A DNA stretch of 63,662 nucleotides, counting the filler, from Stramenopiles sp. TOSAG23-6 (lineage: Eukaryota): the NCBI GenBank assembly GCA_900128565.1. It is 7 parts of 7 records of this genome, joined end to end, with 100 filler letters (N's around TTAATTAATTAA, not from the genome) between each part and the next. Parts side by side here need not be neighbours in the genome. Positions count along the whole stretch, not along the records: positions 1 to 12,060 come from LT636220.1; 6 more parts are not named here. One strand, 5' to 3'. This document shows positions 1 to 11,344 of the stretch, piece by piece. How positions within the stretch are numbered: position 1 is the stretch's first letter; each line of letters starts with the position of its first letter. Below the pieces are notes generated by a model that was not told the origin of the DNA, searched no databases, and saw only the letters and a program-made list of their open reading frames with translations. The position numbers and the translations under genes are program-made.

Positions 1-33
<33 letters not shown>

Positions 34-208
34 ACAGACAAAAGTAAAAGTTTTTATAATTTTTATATACAAATATTTCAAGTTTTTTTTGTGAATCTAA
101 AATATCTAGATCTTATAATAATAAATGTAATGAAATATACAATCTAAAGAAGCTGTTGTTTCCTTAATAATACATCTTTTTTCATTATATATATGAATAT
201 TTTCTTAT

Positions 209-775
209 CTAATTCATGAACTTACCCTCGGTGATTCTCTCTCGAGTTAATGAGTAAGTAATAGTTCCCTGAACTTTCGACTTTGGCTTTCCATCTTTAT
301 TACTATTTGGAAATAGCCTCTGATCGACTTTATCAACTGGCATCTCCAAACGGTCTTTTAATGGTAAATCGTCATTATCTACTCGACAAACGTATTCTTT
401 CTTCTTCATATCCCACTTTGCTAAATTAAGTTCACTTTTTCCCATGAAGTCATTCCTGGAATATTTGTCTTTATCCCAAACTTCTAAAACAATTCTTGAG
501 AATTTTGCAGGAATATCATTCATTATGAATATTTCATCCCATTCAGGATTCTTTTTGTTTTGTTTCACGCTTGTTTGAACAGTAAATTGTTTCATCTCTT
601 TTAGCTTTTTGTAAGGTTTTTTGGAATCTTTTGATCTGAGGTCAAGAACGCGAACTTTCACGTATGGGTCAGAGTGTGAAAAAGCGTCCATTTTTTTCAG
701 ATTCTTTGCATATCGAATGAAGAGTTTGAAAGAAGGGATTGTTTCTACAGGTTTCTTACTACCACATATGCCCAT
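209..775 (-). CDS. C2-domain protein with predicted N-terminal myristoylation/palmitoylation
   Basis: ORF 209..838; first ATG (775) gives MGICGSK (MGxCxS); C2 motifs AKNLKKMD..SDPYVKV, NPEWDE, EVWDKD..DFMG. Confidence 0.85.
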   Translation of the reverse strand: MGICGSKKPVETIPSFKLFIRYAKNLKKMDAFSHSDPYVKVRVLDLRSKDSKKPYKKLKEMKQFTVQTSVKQNKKNPEWDEIFIMNDIPAKFSRIVLEVWDKDKYSRNDFMGKSELNLAKWDMKKKEYVCRVDNDDLPLKDRLEMPVDKVDQRLFPNSNKDGKPKSKVQGTITYSLTRERITEGKFMN

Positions 776-1196
776 GGCTACTTTTCTTTGATTGAAGTTA
801 AGCTTTTTGAAGAAATCTTTTTTTTCTGGAGTACTCAAGTAGGAAAGCAGATTTTGGCAATTTGGTAAAACGGTTTCATGTTTTTTTTGTTTTTTGTTTT
901 TTTACTGAGCGCTATGACACGTGGCGAGAGTACGTAAGTCAAGTCAGACACAACAGAACACAACAGAACAGAACGTGTGTTTGACTCTTCTGAGGTAGAT
1001 CCAATACAGCCAACGGTATTAACTTATTCCTAAGTAGGAAGATAATAATAGAGCTACACAACACCAGCAAAAGAAGAGTTTTGTGTTGCTTAAGAAATGC
1101 AATAATCCATGATACTGTATACGTTTCGTTAGTCTGCGTAAAATTTCTTTGACACGTAAAGTTAATTTCAATCTGTAGCTTGAGCGAAATAGTGAC

Positions 1197-1907
1197 ATGT
1201 TTGGTTTAGGTATCGGTATTGGCGAGACTTGTGTCATTGGTGGCTTTGTGTATTTTATATTTGGAAGACGCGAATTGGTAGCATTTGCTCGAACAGGTGG
1301 TGCGTGGGTCGGCCATTTTGTTGGTTCTCTTCGCGCAACGCGGTCACAAATACGACAACTCTCGGGTACGTCTGATTTAAGTCAACTACGTGCTGATGTA
1401 CAAAGTGGCTTACACGAAATCCAGCAAATACGAAATGAAATTACGGCGGCTGGTTCAATTCGTGGATTTGCTGGTATGAGCCAAGCCCATCACTTTTCAT
1501 CAAATATAATATCAACAAAAGGTGACCCCTCAAAAAGTACAGAAAGTATTTCAAAAAAAACGCATAAAGCAACTGCATCTACGGTTCCTCATTTTTCAAA
1601 CAGTGAGTTGAAAAATTACGATACTGATAATATGTATGATAAAAGCAATATTAGTAACTATAAGAATTCATATAAAGACAAAGAAGCATGTACGCAAACA
1701 ATTTCTCCATATACTATGGAGAAAATGCCACTTGAAGAGAGTGCTCCGACGATGGATGATGTCATGAGAAAAACTTTTTCAGCAAAAGAGTATGCTGCAG
1801 CTGTTGAGAAATTTTCTGTTTCATCGCATACGGTTTCTGTTGCAAGTGGTGCAGACCATGTTACTAAAAGTATTGAGAACTTAAATAGATATCGCAGTAA
1901 AATATAA
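1197..1907 (+). CDS. TatA/TatB-family protein, mitochondrial TatB-like
   Basis: N-terminus MFGLGIGIGETCVIGGFVYFIFGRRELVAFARTGGAWVG: short TM helix, FG hinge, amphipathic helix, then low-complexity tail. Confidence 0.65.
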   Translation: MFGLGIGIGETCVIGGFVYFIFGRRELVAFARTGGAWVGHFVGSLRATRSQIRQLSGTSDLSQLRADVQSGLHEIQQIRNEITAAGSIRGFAGMSQAHHFSSNIISTKGDPSKSTESISKKTHKATASTVPHFSNSELKNYDTDNMYDKSNISNYKNSYKDKEACTQTISPYTMEKMPLEESAPTMDDVMRKTFSAKEYAAAVEKFSVSSHTVSVASGADHVTKSIENLNRYRSKI

Positions 1908-2129
1908 AATGAAAAAAAAAATAGAATTTATTTGAAATTTTCTTGTGTCCAACAATCTACAATTTTAATTTTGAAATTTCACAATTTTTTTTTTCCTTGT
2001 TACCCGGGAACCTATATTTTGGAAGCTAAATTTTGATCTGTCAACACGCTGTTTTTGTGTCAATTCGATTCGTTATCTATTGTACAATACGAAAATATAA
2101 ATCTACAAGTGTTTGCAATGGTGATTCCA

Positions 2130-2688
2130 ATGTCTTGGCAGTCGTATATTGATACACAACTTATTGCAAGTGGTTATGTAAGTGATGCCACGATTTTGTG
2201 TAAAAAAACTGGTTCATCATGGGCCAACACAACTGATTTTCATGTACGTTCAATTGTTTTGTTTTTTATTATTCAGCATTAGTATTCTATAGTTCTTACC
2301 TCTCAACACTTGTGATATTTTTTCATTAAAGCTTCGAAAGTATAAGTGTGCCATAACATGTGAAGATATGAATGAAGCAGATGTAATAGTGAATGAAGCA
2401 GACGATATATCATCATTCTGTATATTAGGAAAAGTGCCTACTGCCGGTCTGCGAGTCAATGGTCAGAGGTATAGAGTCCTGAAAGTTGTCAAAGGAACGG
2501 AAGCTAAACCGTTTGGCGAATGTGTTGTGTATGGTATTCATAAAAGTGGTGGAATTTGTATGGTCGCAACTAAAAAGATAATTATCATTTGTATTTATAA
2601 CACAGAAGTTGATCCAACGTTTACAAACGTAAAGTGCAATCAAACGTGTGAGACTCTAGGAAAATACCTTTTTGAAAATGGTTTTTAA
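2130..2688 (+). CDS. Profilin (2 exons; GT-AG intron 2244-2331)
   Basis: MSWQSYIDTQL start, C-terminal CETLGKYLFENGF; removing the intron joins ORFs 2055 and 2368 in frame. Confidence 0.9.
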
Positions 2689-3019
2689 ATTAAATCAAAC
2701 ATGTGAGACTCTAGGAAAATACCTTTTTGAAAATGGTTTTTAAATTAAATATATTACATAAAAATGAAATTATTTTTGAAAGCCTGTTTTATTTAAAGCA
2801 TTTTGATGAAAGAATCAAAAAACTTCATATATTAATCATATAATGACTAATTACGCATTCGAATTTATAATAGGAAAATAACATCGTTAGAAACAACGAT
2901 TAGAATTTAGTAAATTTCTTTAGTGAAAAAACATCTTGTCGAGTCCGCAAACATCCTTGATATAAGAGTTTCCGTAGTTTAACAAGCAATATGAATTTAC
3001 TCCATGGTAGTATCTAGAT

Positions 3020-4414
3020 TCAAGACCTTTCTGAAGAGGCTTTTGCAGCTCTGATTGCAGCTGTCTCCTGGCCATTACGACTGCGCCAATTACTTGAAGT
3101 CGTCGCCCGGTTATTGAAATTGTTGTTACGCTTTCTCTCGTTACGACGTCCATTGTTGCCACGATAGTTCACACGATTGTTACCATTTGAATGTCGACCT
3201 TGATTTAAGCTAGTTGCACCAAAAGTATCCATATTCAAACGATTTTCCTCGTTAACACGAGTGCGATAGTTAGGACGGCGCTTTGCTCCAGCTGCAAGTT
3301 TTTCCAACTTATCTAGAGCGGAACACGAAATTGAATCGAAAAAGGACGTTTTTTTATCATATTTTACCACAGGTTGAATCACTGTTTCATCAACTTCGGC
3401 ACTTTTTTTTGGATCAAAGTCTGCAAACTGTTCAAGACCAGCAGCAAAATCAAACATATTATCAGGAACTTTTGGTTTTGAAGAATTTTTACCACCAATG
3501 CTTCTAGTTCGCATATTCATGAGGTGGCTTCCCATGCCAGGCATGTTCTGATTATTTTTTCTGCGGTTATTTTGTTGTACACGTTGATTACTTTGTTTGC
3601 CACGATGGTAACCATTTTGACTAACACTGGAGAAGTTTGGACGATTTCCACCACTCCATGCATTCTTTGGAGGTCCCTGGCGCACTTGTCGTGATGGTTG
3701 CTGTTGTTGATTGACGTTTCGAGATGCTGGTTGTTGAGTGCTTCGAGAAGCAGGCTGTTGTTTCGGTTTATTTTGCCAATTTTGAGGTTCGTTTTGGTTC
3801 TGGTTTTGTTGCCATATATCACGAGGTTTTTGTTGACCTCGCTGCTGCTGCTGTTGATATTTGAGGTTGTTTTGATTCTGTTGTGCTACTTGCTTTGAAA
3901 CTTGACGTACTCGATTGCGCTCCTGTCTCTCTTTCTCTATCTGTGCTCTTTGCTGCTCTTGCTGACGGAGCTCCGCTGAACCAATGGGGTGTCCAGAATC
4001 TTCCCATGGTGTGTTCACTGGATTTGTTCCCAACGAAGACAGAGACTCTTGCTGCTGCTGAACTGGCTTCGCACGTGCTTGCTGCTGCTGATTTTGCTGT
4101 ACTATTTTCTTAGGAGCTTGAATAGAAACGATTGCAGGATCATTTGGGATTTTAGCCGTTGGCTTTGGTCTTTCATTGACGTGTAAATCTTTGATATCTG
4201 CAGCACTAAAAATGATATATTCATACACCTCTGAGCTTGGTGGGATCTGAGGACCTTGGCGAGGTCGACCTTCTGTGCCAAAAGACCTCACACTCTGTAA
4301 AGAAACTGTAGAATTCTCTGTGTCAATTTGATATAATGTGCCTTCATAACGAATCTCACTCTTTGATATAAGTGTAATTCTCGACCCAATATAAGGGATA
4401 CCTTGGTTCGACAT
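3020..4414 (-). CDS. LSM14: LSM14/Scd6/RAP55 mRNA-processing-body protein
   Basis: [21 protein letters not shown] Lsm domain; FDF, FFD and TFG boxes; Q/N-rich linker. Confidence 0.93.
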   Translation of the reverse strand: MSNQGIPYIGSRITLISKSEIRYEGTLYQIDTENSTVSLQSVRSFGTEGRPRQGPQIPPSSEVYEYIIFSAADIKDLHVNERPKPTAKIPNDPAIVSIQAPKKIVQQNQQQQARAKPVQQQQESLSSLGTNPVNTPWEDSGHPIGSAELRQQEQQRAQIEKERQERNRVRQVSKQVAQQNQNNLKYQQQQQRGQQKPRDIWQQNQNQNEPQNWQNKPKQQPASRSTQQPASRNVNQQQQPSRQVRQGPPKNAWSGGNRPNFSSVSQNGYHRGKQSNQRVQQNNRRKNNQNMPGMGSHLMNMRTRSIGGKNSSKPKVPDNMFDFAAGLEQFADFDPKKSAEVDETVIQPVVKYDKKTSFFDSISCSALDKLEKLAAGAKRRPNYRTRVNEENRLNMDTFGATSLNQGRHSNGNNRVNYRGNNGRRNERKRNNNFNNRATTSSNWRSRNGQETAAIRAAKASSERS

Positions 4415-4760
4415 ATTCTACTTAATTATTCGCAGTTCCTGTATTCTTCTGCGCTGGTGCAACAAAGAACAAGCGGGCGAGCCGGTAAATATTAAAATGA
4501 TCATCATGATCATCATCAGTCAGAGCGACAAAAAACACGAAATACAGTCCTTTTTGAAGGGTAACCAGGTAACGGATTTTGCTGAAAAAAAGAAAACTTC
4601 GAAAATAGGATATAGTAGTAGAGAATAGATACGGTACAGCACGTGTTTAAAGGTAAATACATCGAATCTAACAATAAGCGACTTTTACCCTAAAGGGCTA
4701 ACGCAAATCTCAAGCACACTTTGTTTAACCACATCCAAAGGAAGTTGTATTAACTCTCTA

Positions 4761-6275
4761 ATGATGAAATTAGCTTCCCTTCATAGAAGCTTAGCAGTAG
4801 TGGTGATTCTCCATAAAATTTTAAGCATTTCAGCTATGAACTGGAATTGCGGAGGGTTGTGCGGCGAGCGCCGCCGCCGTAGTCAAAAGAATTCTTCCCG
4901 GATGGTCACTGAGGTGTCATTGCCTTTGTCCCGGATGGTCACTGAGGTGTCATCGCCTTTGTCCCGGGTGGTCATACCTAACACACTACCCGACACACTC
5001 GAAAAGATTCGGAATATGGAACAAATTGGAGTGGGTGCATCGGGAACGGTATATGCAGACCACAACAATAATTACGCATGGAAAGTCTTTGCTGACCCTA
5101 TCAGAGCTAGAGATGAAATAGAACTTGGATTCGCCGCCAGTGTATGTCCCAATGTTGCCCGGATACTTGCTACAATCGGTATTTGCAAAAGCTCACCGAC
5201 TCCAGGTGGGAAAAGAAAAGAAACAACTTGCATAGTGCTAACAGACGGTTCCTCAAAGACGTGTCCAGAAGGTGAGAGTTGCGAAGTTCAAGCTATCGCA
5301 CTTCCACTTTATACTCAGGGGGATTTGTTTGAGGAATATGCCAAGATTTATTTTAAGTATCAGAAAATGGGTGGCCGAAGATTTGAAAACTTGAGAGAAA
5401 TTCAAAGAGTTGAGTTTGGAATTGAAGTACTTGAAATGGTCAAACTGCTACAATATGTTCAGCAAGCTTTGGAGTGTATGCATAAACCACCGGTACAAAT
5501 ATCACACAATGACGTGAAAATAGAAAATTTCCTTCTTCGAACAAACAAGGAAGGGAGACTAGAACTTGATATCGCGGATTTCGGAGGTGCTTGCAAGTTT
5601 GGTGATGGTTGTAGAACAACGTTCACAAGGGACTTCGTTCCACCAGAAATGGTTGGAACTCTACGAAGGGGTGTATTTGTTGCAAGAGATTCATATGACA
5701 AGTGGTCCTTAGCAGCATCTTTTTTGAATATTCTCACAGTAATTCGGTTAAATAACTTTGCGGAAACCCTTTACAATGCTGCCATCAACAAAGATGCCGG
5801 ACTTGATTCAGGACTTAATTCTCTCCTAGAAAACTGGGTGCAGGCGTTTGGCGATAGCTTNAAAGATATTGGTAANTTTCTTCTGGAGACAATATTTGAA
5901 ACTGGTTTAAAGAGGGAAGAATCTAATAGAGCATGGCTTCCATTTGCTGATATNAAACTTAAAATTGATCAACATATTGAAAACATGAATGAACATATTC
6001 AAAATCTGAGAGAAGCAAACGAATTAGCTCTTATAACACTGGAAGATGCAAATCAACCTGCTATATCAATTCAAACAGTTTCGGGTCCTCACTCGGAAGC
6101 ATTAGCATCTGCAGCAGATCATCCCGAATCATCAATTCAAACAGTTTCGGGTCCTCACTCGGAAGCATTAGCATCTGCAGCGGATCAACCCGATTTGTTT
6201 ATTACACTTGCATCTAAATTGCTTCACGACATGATGCCTGCCACGGTTAACCATGAACAAATATTTATAAAATAA
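4761..6275 (+). CDS. Protein kinase-like protein with hydrophobic N-terminus (possible signal peptide)
   Basis: IGVGASGTV, AWK, HNDVKIEN and DFG motifs; intronless; C-terminal 23-aa direct repeat. Confidence 0.8.
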   Translation: MMKLASLHRSLAVVVILHKILSISAMNWNCGGLCGERRRRSQKNSSRMVTEVSLPLSRMVTEVSSPLSRVVIPNTLPDTLEKIRNMEQIGVGASGTVYADHNNNYAWKVFADPIRARDEIELGFAASVCPNVARILATIGICKSSPTPGGKRKETTCIVLTDGSSKTCPEGESCEVQAIALPLYTQGDLFEEYAKIYFKYQKMGGRRFENLREIQRVEFGIEVLEMVKLLQYVQQALECMHKPPVQISHNDVKIENFLLRTNKEGRLELDIADFGGACKFGDGCRTTFTRDFVPPEMVGTLRRGVFVARDSYDKWSLAASFLNILTVIRLNNFAETLYNAAINKDAGLDSGLNSLLENWVQAFGDSXKDIGXFLLETIFETGLKREESNRAWLPFADXKLKIDQHIENMNEHIQNLREANELALITLEDANQPAISIQTVSGPHSEALASAADHPESSIQTVSGPHSEALASAADQPDLFITLASKLLHDMMPATVNHEQIFIK

Positions 6276-6356
6276 TGAGGCTATGCAAGACGTTTAATAT
6301 TTTTATAAAAAGAAAATAAATTTTTATACAGATCATCAACTTATTCAAAAAAAAGT

Positions 6357-7605
6357 TTATCCTAGACTAAGATGCTGTAGACTTTTATCCGTGACCCAAA
6401 TATTCATACCATATTTCGTATAACCCTCTTTTATAATAGGCTGAGCTTCATGAACTGTCAAAGGATCAGCTTCATTGGGTCGTTTATTTCTTACATCCAA
6501 ATTTGAAAAAAGCAAAGCCTTACGAGCAATAGGTTGCACGGCTAAAATTGGTTCAAGTGCGGGAAATGCAGTGCAGCCACCAGCCTCAGGGGGTAAATCG
6601 TTGAGATAAACAAAAAAAGTAGCCAAACGTCGAGGAGGTACTATTGGACCACATTGGCCATTTTCATCAAGGGAGCAGCAATCATATATCGTAAAAAAAT
6701 ATATTGTTTTTTTGTTAGGTACAACATTTCGTATGAAAAAAAAATTGAAATTCATGATGAAAACATACATGATGTACGTTAAACTTTTGACCCATTGTGT
6801 AGCTTACAATTTGCAATGGTTCAACATTTTGAGGTGGTACACCTAATATCTCTGCTGCTCGTCTTTCAACTGCTCGAACAACTGTGTCTTGGCCTTTTTT
6901 AAGAAAAATAAACCGAGATGTTCTGTCACTACTCACATGAGAAGCTAAATCATCATCTTCCGTAAAGGAACTTTGAAATCTATTTTTTTCATTCGTAATA
7001 ATGGAACGCAAGTGTAACAACTCCGATTCTGTCAAGAACTCATCAATTGTAAATATATTTGGATTTTCTGGTGCTGGTTTTCTAGACACCAAAGATAGCG
7101 TTCTCCGCTTTGCTCGTTGAGTTAATGGTTGGGGTCGAGAAAATAAGTTGATAAATCTAAAAGGAAGGGGTGGAGTTTTAGCAGATGATCGTCGAAGATG
7201 CGCTCGATGATTTGGTTTTTCTATAGTACTATTTGGTGTCTTACCTTGTGAGTCTGGTGTGTCTCGAGGTCTTATAGACGAAATTACTACACTTGTGTCT
7301 TCACTTCCATCATCAAAAAGTAAGTTATATGTCCAATTACCCTCTGACAAATAATTAATATCAATGATTGTAGCTGGAAAATATGCCTTACCGTATTCTT
7401 CACTTTCCCCACAGTTCCACATTGCCTCTACAAAATCACCAACTGAAAAGGTACTCGGAGGAGTGTGCATTTCTGAGGTTTTGTTTGTAATAATGCTTTC
7501 GCTTGAAAACGAAACACGTCGGCGCTTTGCGTTGCTCTCTAAAACAGTACTAATAACATTCTCTTTGATGGACCCAATATCATTTTCACTTTGAATATGC
7601 GACAT
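6357..7605 (-). CDS. Prolyl 4-hydroxylase-like 2OG-Fe(II) dioxygenase with N-terminal Tudor-like domain (intron 6684-6768, GT-AT)
   Basis: RTS, EPLQIVSY, HH|D motif restored across the intron, RLATFFVYLND, GGCTAFP, HEAQP, KYGMNIW. Confidence 0.88.
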
Positions 7606-8056
7606 TCCTTATTTATTTGGTACTGCAAAATGTGACATAATACATATTAAAAATTAACATTTTTCATTCCTTCTTCCACACGAAAACAACAGAAGTCGCA
7701 ATTACGACATTACTAATTAGGGTTAGCGTTAGCGTTAGGGTTAACAAAACTACTGTGATAATAGTAGGTTTAGAAAAGGCGACACAGTTTAATGGACAGA
7801 TCGGCACAATTTTGAGATATATTCCAGACAAGGAAAGATATGTTGTTAAAGTTGACTATGCTAGTGGGCATAAAAAACTACTACTAAAAAGAAGCAATAT
7901 TGTACAAAAGAGTTAAAATTGTGATGGAAGTATGTTTTATATTTTTGTGCAAGTACATCTCGACAAGCCTACTAATAAAAATTTGTATAAAAAGAATTAA
8001 ATCTTTCCTAATGTAAAAGAAAAAAAAAACAACAATCTTTCCTGATTCATTCATAA

Positions 8057-10992
8057 TCAAAATAAACCAACAATTTTTCCTGATTCATAATCAAAATCAA
8101 TATCATAAAAACCTGGTCTCGTTGGAAGTCCAGGTATCGTCATGATCTTTCCTAATAAAGGAAATACAAAACCAGCTCCAACATTACACCTTATTTCTTT
8201 CACAGCTACGGTAAATCCTGTGGGAACTCCTTTCTTCTTTGGATGTATTGTAAAAGAAACTTGTGAAAAAAAAATTGTTAGGTACAAATTTTTCATATAA
8301 AAAAAAAAAAAAAAATTCTGAAAAAAAAAACATACATCTGTGCTTAAACTCAAATGTGTTTTTGCTATACATATCGGAAATTTCCCCCACCCTTGCTCTT
8401 CATAATATTTTATCGTTTCAGCAACATTATCAGGTATTTCTACACCATCAGCTCCATAAATTTCTCTCGCAATGACTGAAATTTTTTCTTTAATGGGCAT
8501 ACATTGTGAAAAATATTTTTTGTTTGTTGGAAAAATCGTTAGGTACAAAATTTTTATAAAAAAAAAATCAGATTTCAAAAAATTAAAACGTACATGCACA
8601 AAGGATACAAAAATTTGAATCCTGGACTGTTTTGATTCGTTGATCGAGACATTGCACAAACAGACGCAACGGCAAGGCCTAAGTCAGTTGCACCTGCGCC
8701 CCCTGTATTTTGAAAAAATATTTCAAAAAAAAACTAAAATTTGTTAGGTACAAAATTTTTATAAAAAAAAATTTCGAATTTTTTGTAAAAAAAAAAAATA
8801 AAACACACCTTGTGCCCAATGATTTGAAAGAATTGCATGTCCTGCTCCTGCTTCTAAGGCAGCTTTACACACAATATCAATTTCAGAGTTAGTATCAGTC
8901 GCAAATTTATTTACAGCCACAACAGGTGTTATCCCAAATTTCAAAGCACTTCGAATTTTTAGTGTCAAAAAATAATTAACAAAAAAAAAATTGTTAATGT
9001 ATGAATTTTTTTTTAAAAAATTAGAAAAAAAAAAATTTTAGGTACGAAATTTTCTATGAAAAAAAAATAAATTTAAAATTCATGATGTTATACAACGTAC
9101 ATGATGCTGAAGATTACAAACTCCTGCTCGAAGCAAGTCCAAATTTTCTTCTGTGTATTGCGATGCAAGAGGGGTACCGGGTTTCACAGGTGGGCCACCA
9201 CCATGCATTTTCAATGCTCTCACAGTGGCTACAATGACAGCACAGTTTGGGATTAGTCCGGATTGACGACATTTTATATTGAAAAATTTTTCCATTCCAA
9301 TATCAGCACCAAAGCCACATATTGTGAAAAAATATTCAAAAAAAAAATTGAAATTTTTTAGGTACGAAATTTCGTACGAAAAAAAAAATAAATTTGAAAT
9401 TGAAGAGAACAACGTACGCACTCAGTGACACAAAATCCTTCGTCGCCGACTAATTTCAACGCTACTTGATCTGCAACAATGGAAGAGTTGCCATGAGCAA
9501 TATTTGCAAATGGACCAGCATGAACGAAAACATTTGTTGGACAAAATATTTCAAAAAAAAATTAAATTTTGTTAGGTACAAAATTTCGTATGAAAAAAAA
9601 AACCCAAAAAAAATGATTATGGAAATATACAGGTGTTCCTTCTAACGTTTGCATCAATGTTGGCTTGATCGCTTCTGCCATCAATACTGTTAGAGCTCCA
9701 CCAGTACCTAAATCATCAGCTGTGATAGGTTCACCAGATCTAGACTGGCCAATCACCATTCGACCTAATCGATCTCTCATGTCTTCTACTATATTGTGAA
9801 AAAAAAAAAGTTTTGGAAAAAAAATCGTTAGGTACAAAATTTCGTACGAAAAAAATTAAATTTAAAATGAATTGTGAAAACGTACATGATGTGGTCAATG
9901 CCAATATAGCCATAATTTCGCTAGCTACAGTTATATCGAATCCTGTTTGACGAGGTGTACCTTTTTTTTCCGTCGGAGACTCACCGACAGTTATAGATCG
10001 AAGATGTCGATCACAAGTATCAATGACTCTTTTCCAAGTGACTGAATTCGGGTCAATATGTCTTGTGAGAAAATATATTTTTTTTAATTTGTTAGGTACA
10101 AAATTTCGTATGAATTGTTTTAAATGTTTTTAAAATGTTTATAAAATGTTTTTTACATTTTTTTTACGAAAAAACAAATAATACATTACAATTAAAATTA
10201 ATAATGAAAATATACATTCAAACGAGAAAAAGATGTGATTTCATCAGGTGTTAAATTATCAGGATGAGTTTTTTCTATACCAAGTTTTTTTAATCTTTTC
10301 AGCATTACAGGAGAAAAATGACGAGAACCATCTTTTTTTTTTGGACATAAANGTCGAAACAATGCTGCATCCGATTGAGTATCCTCGTGGTACATTCGAG
10401 TATCGATCGCAGCAGCAAGTAAATTATTGGCAGCTGTAATGGCGTGTATGTCACCAGTCAAATGTAGATTAAATTCCTCCATAGGAATAACCTGCGCATA
10501 GCCACCACCCGCAGCACCGCCCTTGATACCAAATGTTGGTCCTTGTGAGGGCTGTCGAAGACAACAAAATACGCGCTTGCCCAGATGTGCGCCTAATGCT
10601 TGACAAATACCAACAGTAGTAGTGCTTTTACCTTCACCAAGTGGTGTTGGATTGATCCCAGCAACTACAACGTAATTACCTTCAGGAGAATCTTTCAATC
10701 TGTCACGAATATCAAGACTCACTTTTGCTTTATATCGGCCATACTGCTCAATTTCACAGGGAAGAATTCCGGCCTCACGAGCGACTTGATTAATGTGAAG
10801 AGGTGTCACACTTTGGGATACTTCAATATCTGAAGGGACAGGCTCAAGGCAACGAAGTTCTTCCCTCTGGGAGACTTCATTATTCTCTGCTCCAAAACAT
10901 AAAGCGAACTCAATTAACTTTTCCCGATCTTCGTAAACACCAGCTTCTTTTGCTAAACGGGAAATATTTCCAACTTGACTCATCATTTGCAA
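8057..10992 (-). CDS. FTHFS: Formate-tetrahydrofolate ligase, 9 exons (introns 10058-10215, 9789-9885, 9532-9630, 9317-9417, 8957-9100, 8703-8808, 8499-8593, 8243-8335)
   Basis: [69 protein letters not shown]; conserved motifs restored at each junction. Confidence 0.96.
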
Positions 10993-11344
10993 GGATTCTC
11001 TTTCTTTGTAATATTTTTTTGAAAAAATGCAATGCTTTATCTTTTATTTAGACCGAATAGATGATCATTCAAGGTTGATGATGATGATTTATTATTTCAC
11101 TCTCTCTCTACTCTCTTCTCTCTCTTGTCGTAATTGTGTTGACATCGTTGACATCAATCAAATGCGCACGTTTTCCTCATTTTTCGTGTTTAATTTTTTT
11201 CAAACAAACATTTCGAAATTCGAATGATGCTCCTACAAATACTAGCTAGGAACACTCTGAAAAAATAAATTGAAATAGACCTTACGCGAGAAAAGGGTTT
11301 ATCGTTGCTGCATAGTTCTTATTTGAGCCTATAGCACTGATAAA

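Noticed and set aside
8243-8335. Reading the introns as U12-type AT-AC
   Set aside because: Works only where junctions can slide; fails at 9532-9630, 8499-8593, 24468-24598 and 42813-43031, and no RTATCCTT donor is present
8184-9837. F/K-rich short ORFs with recurring ILYLT, NFVPN and KFCT peptides
   Set aside because: These are the shared intron motif translated in different frames, not a protein family
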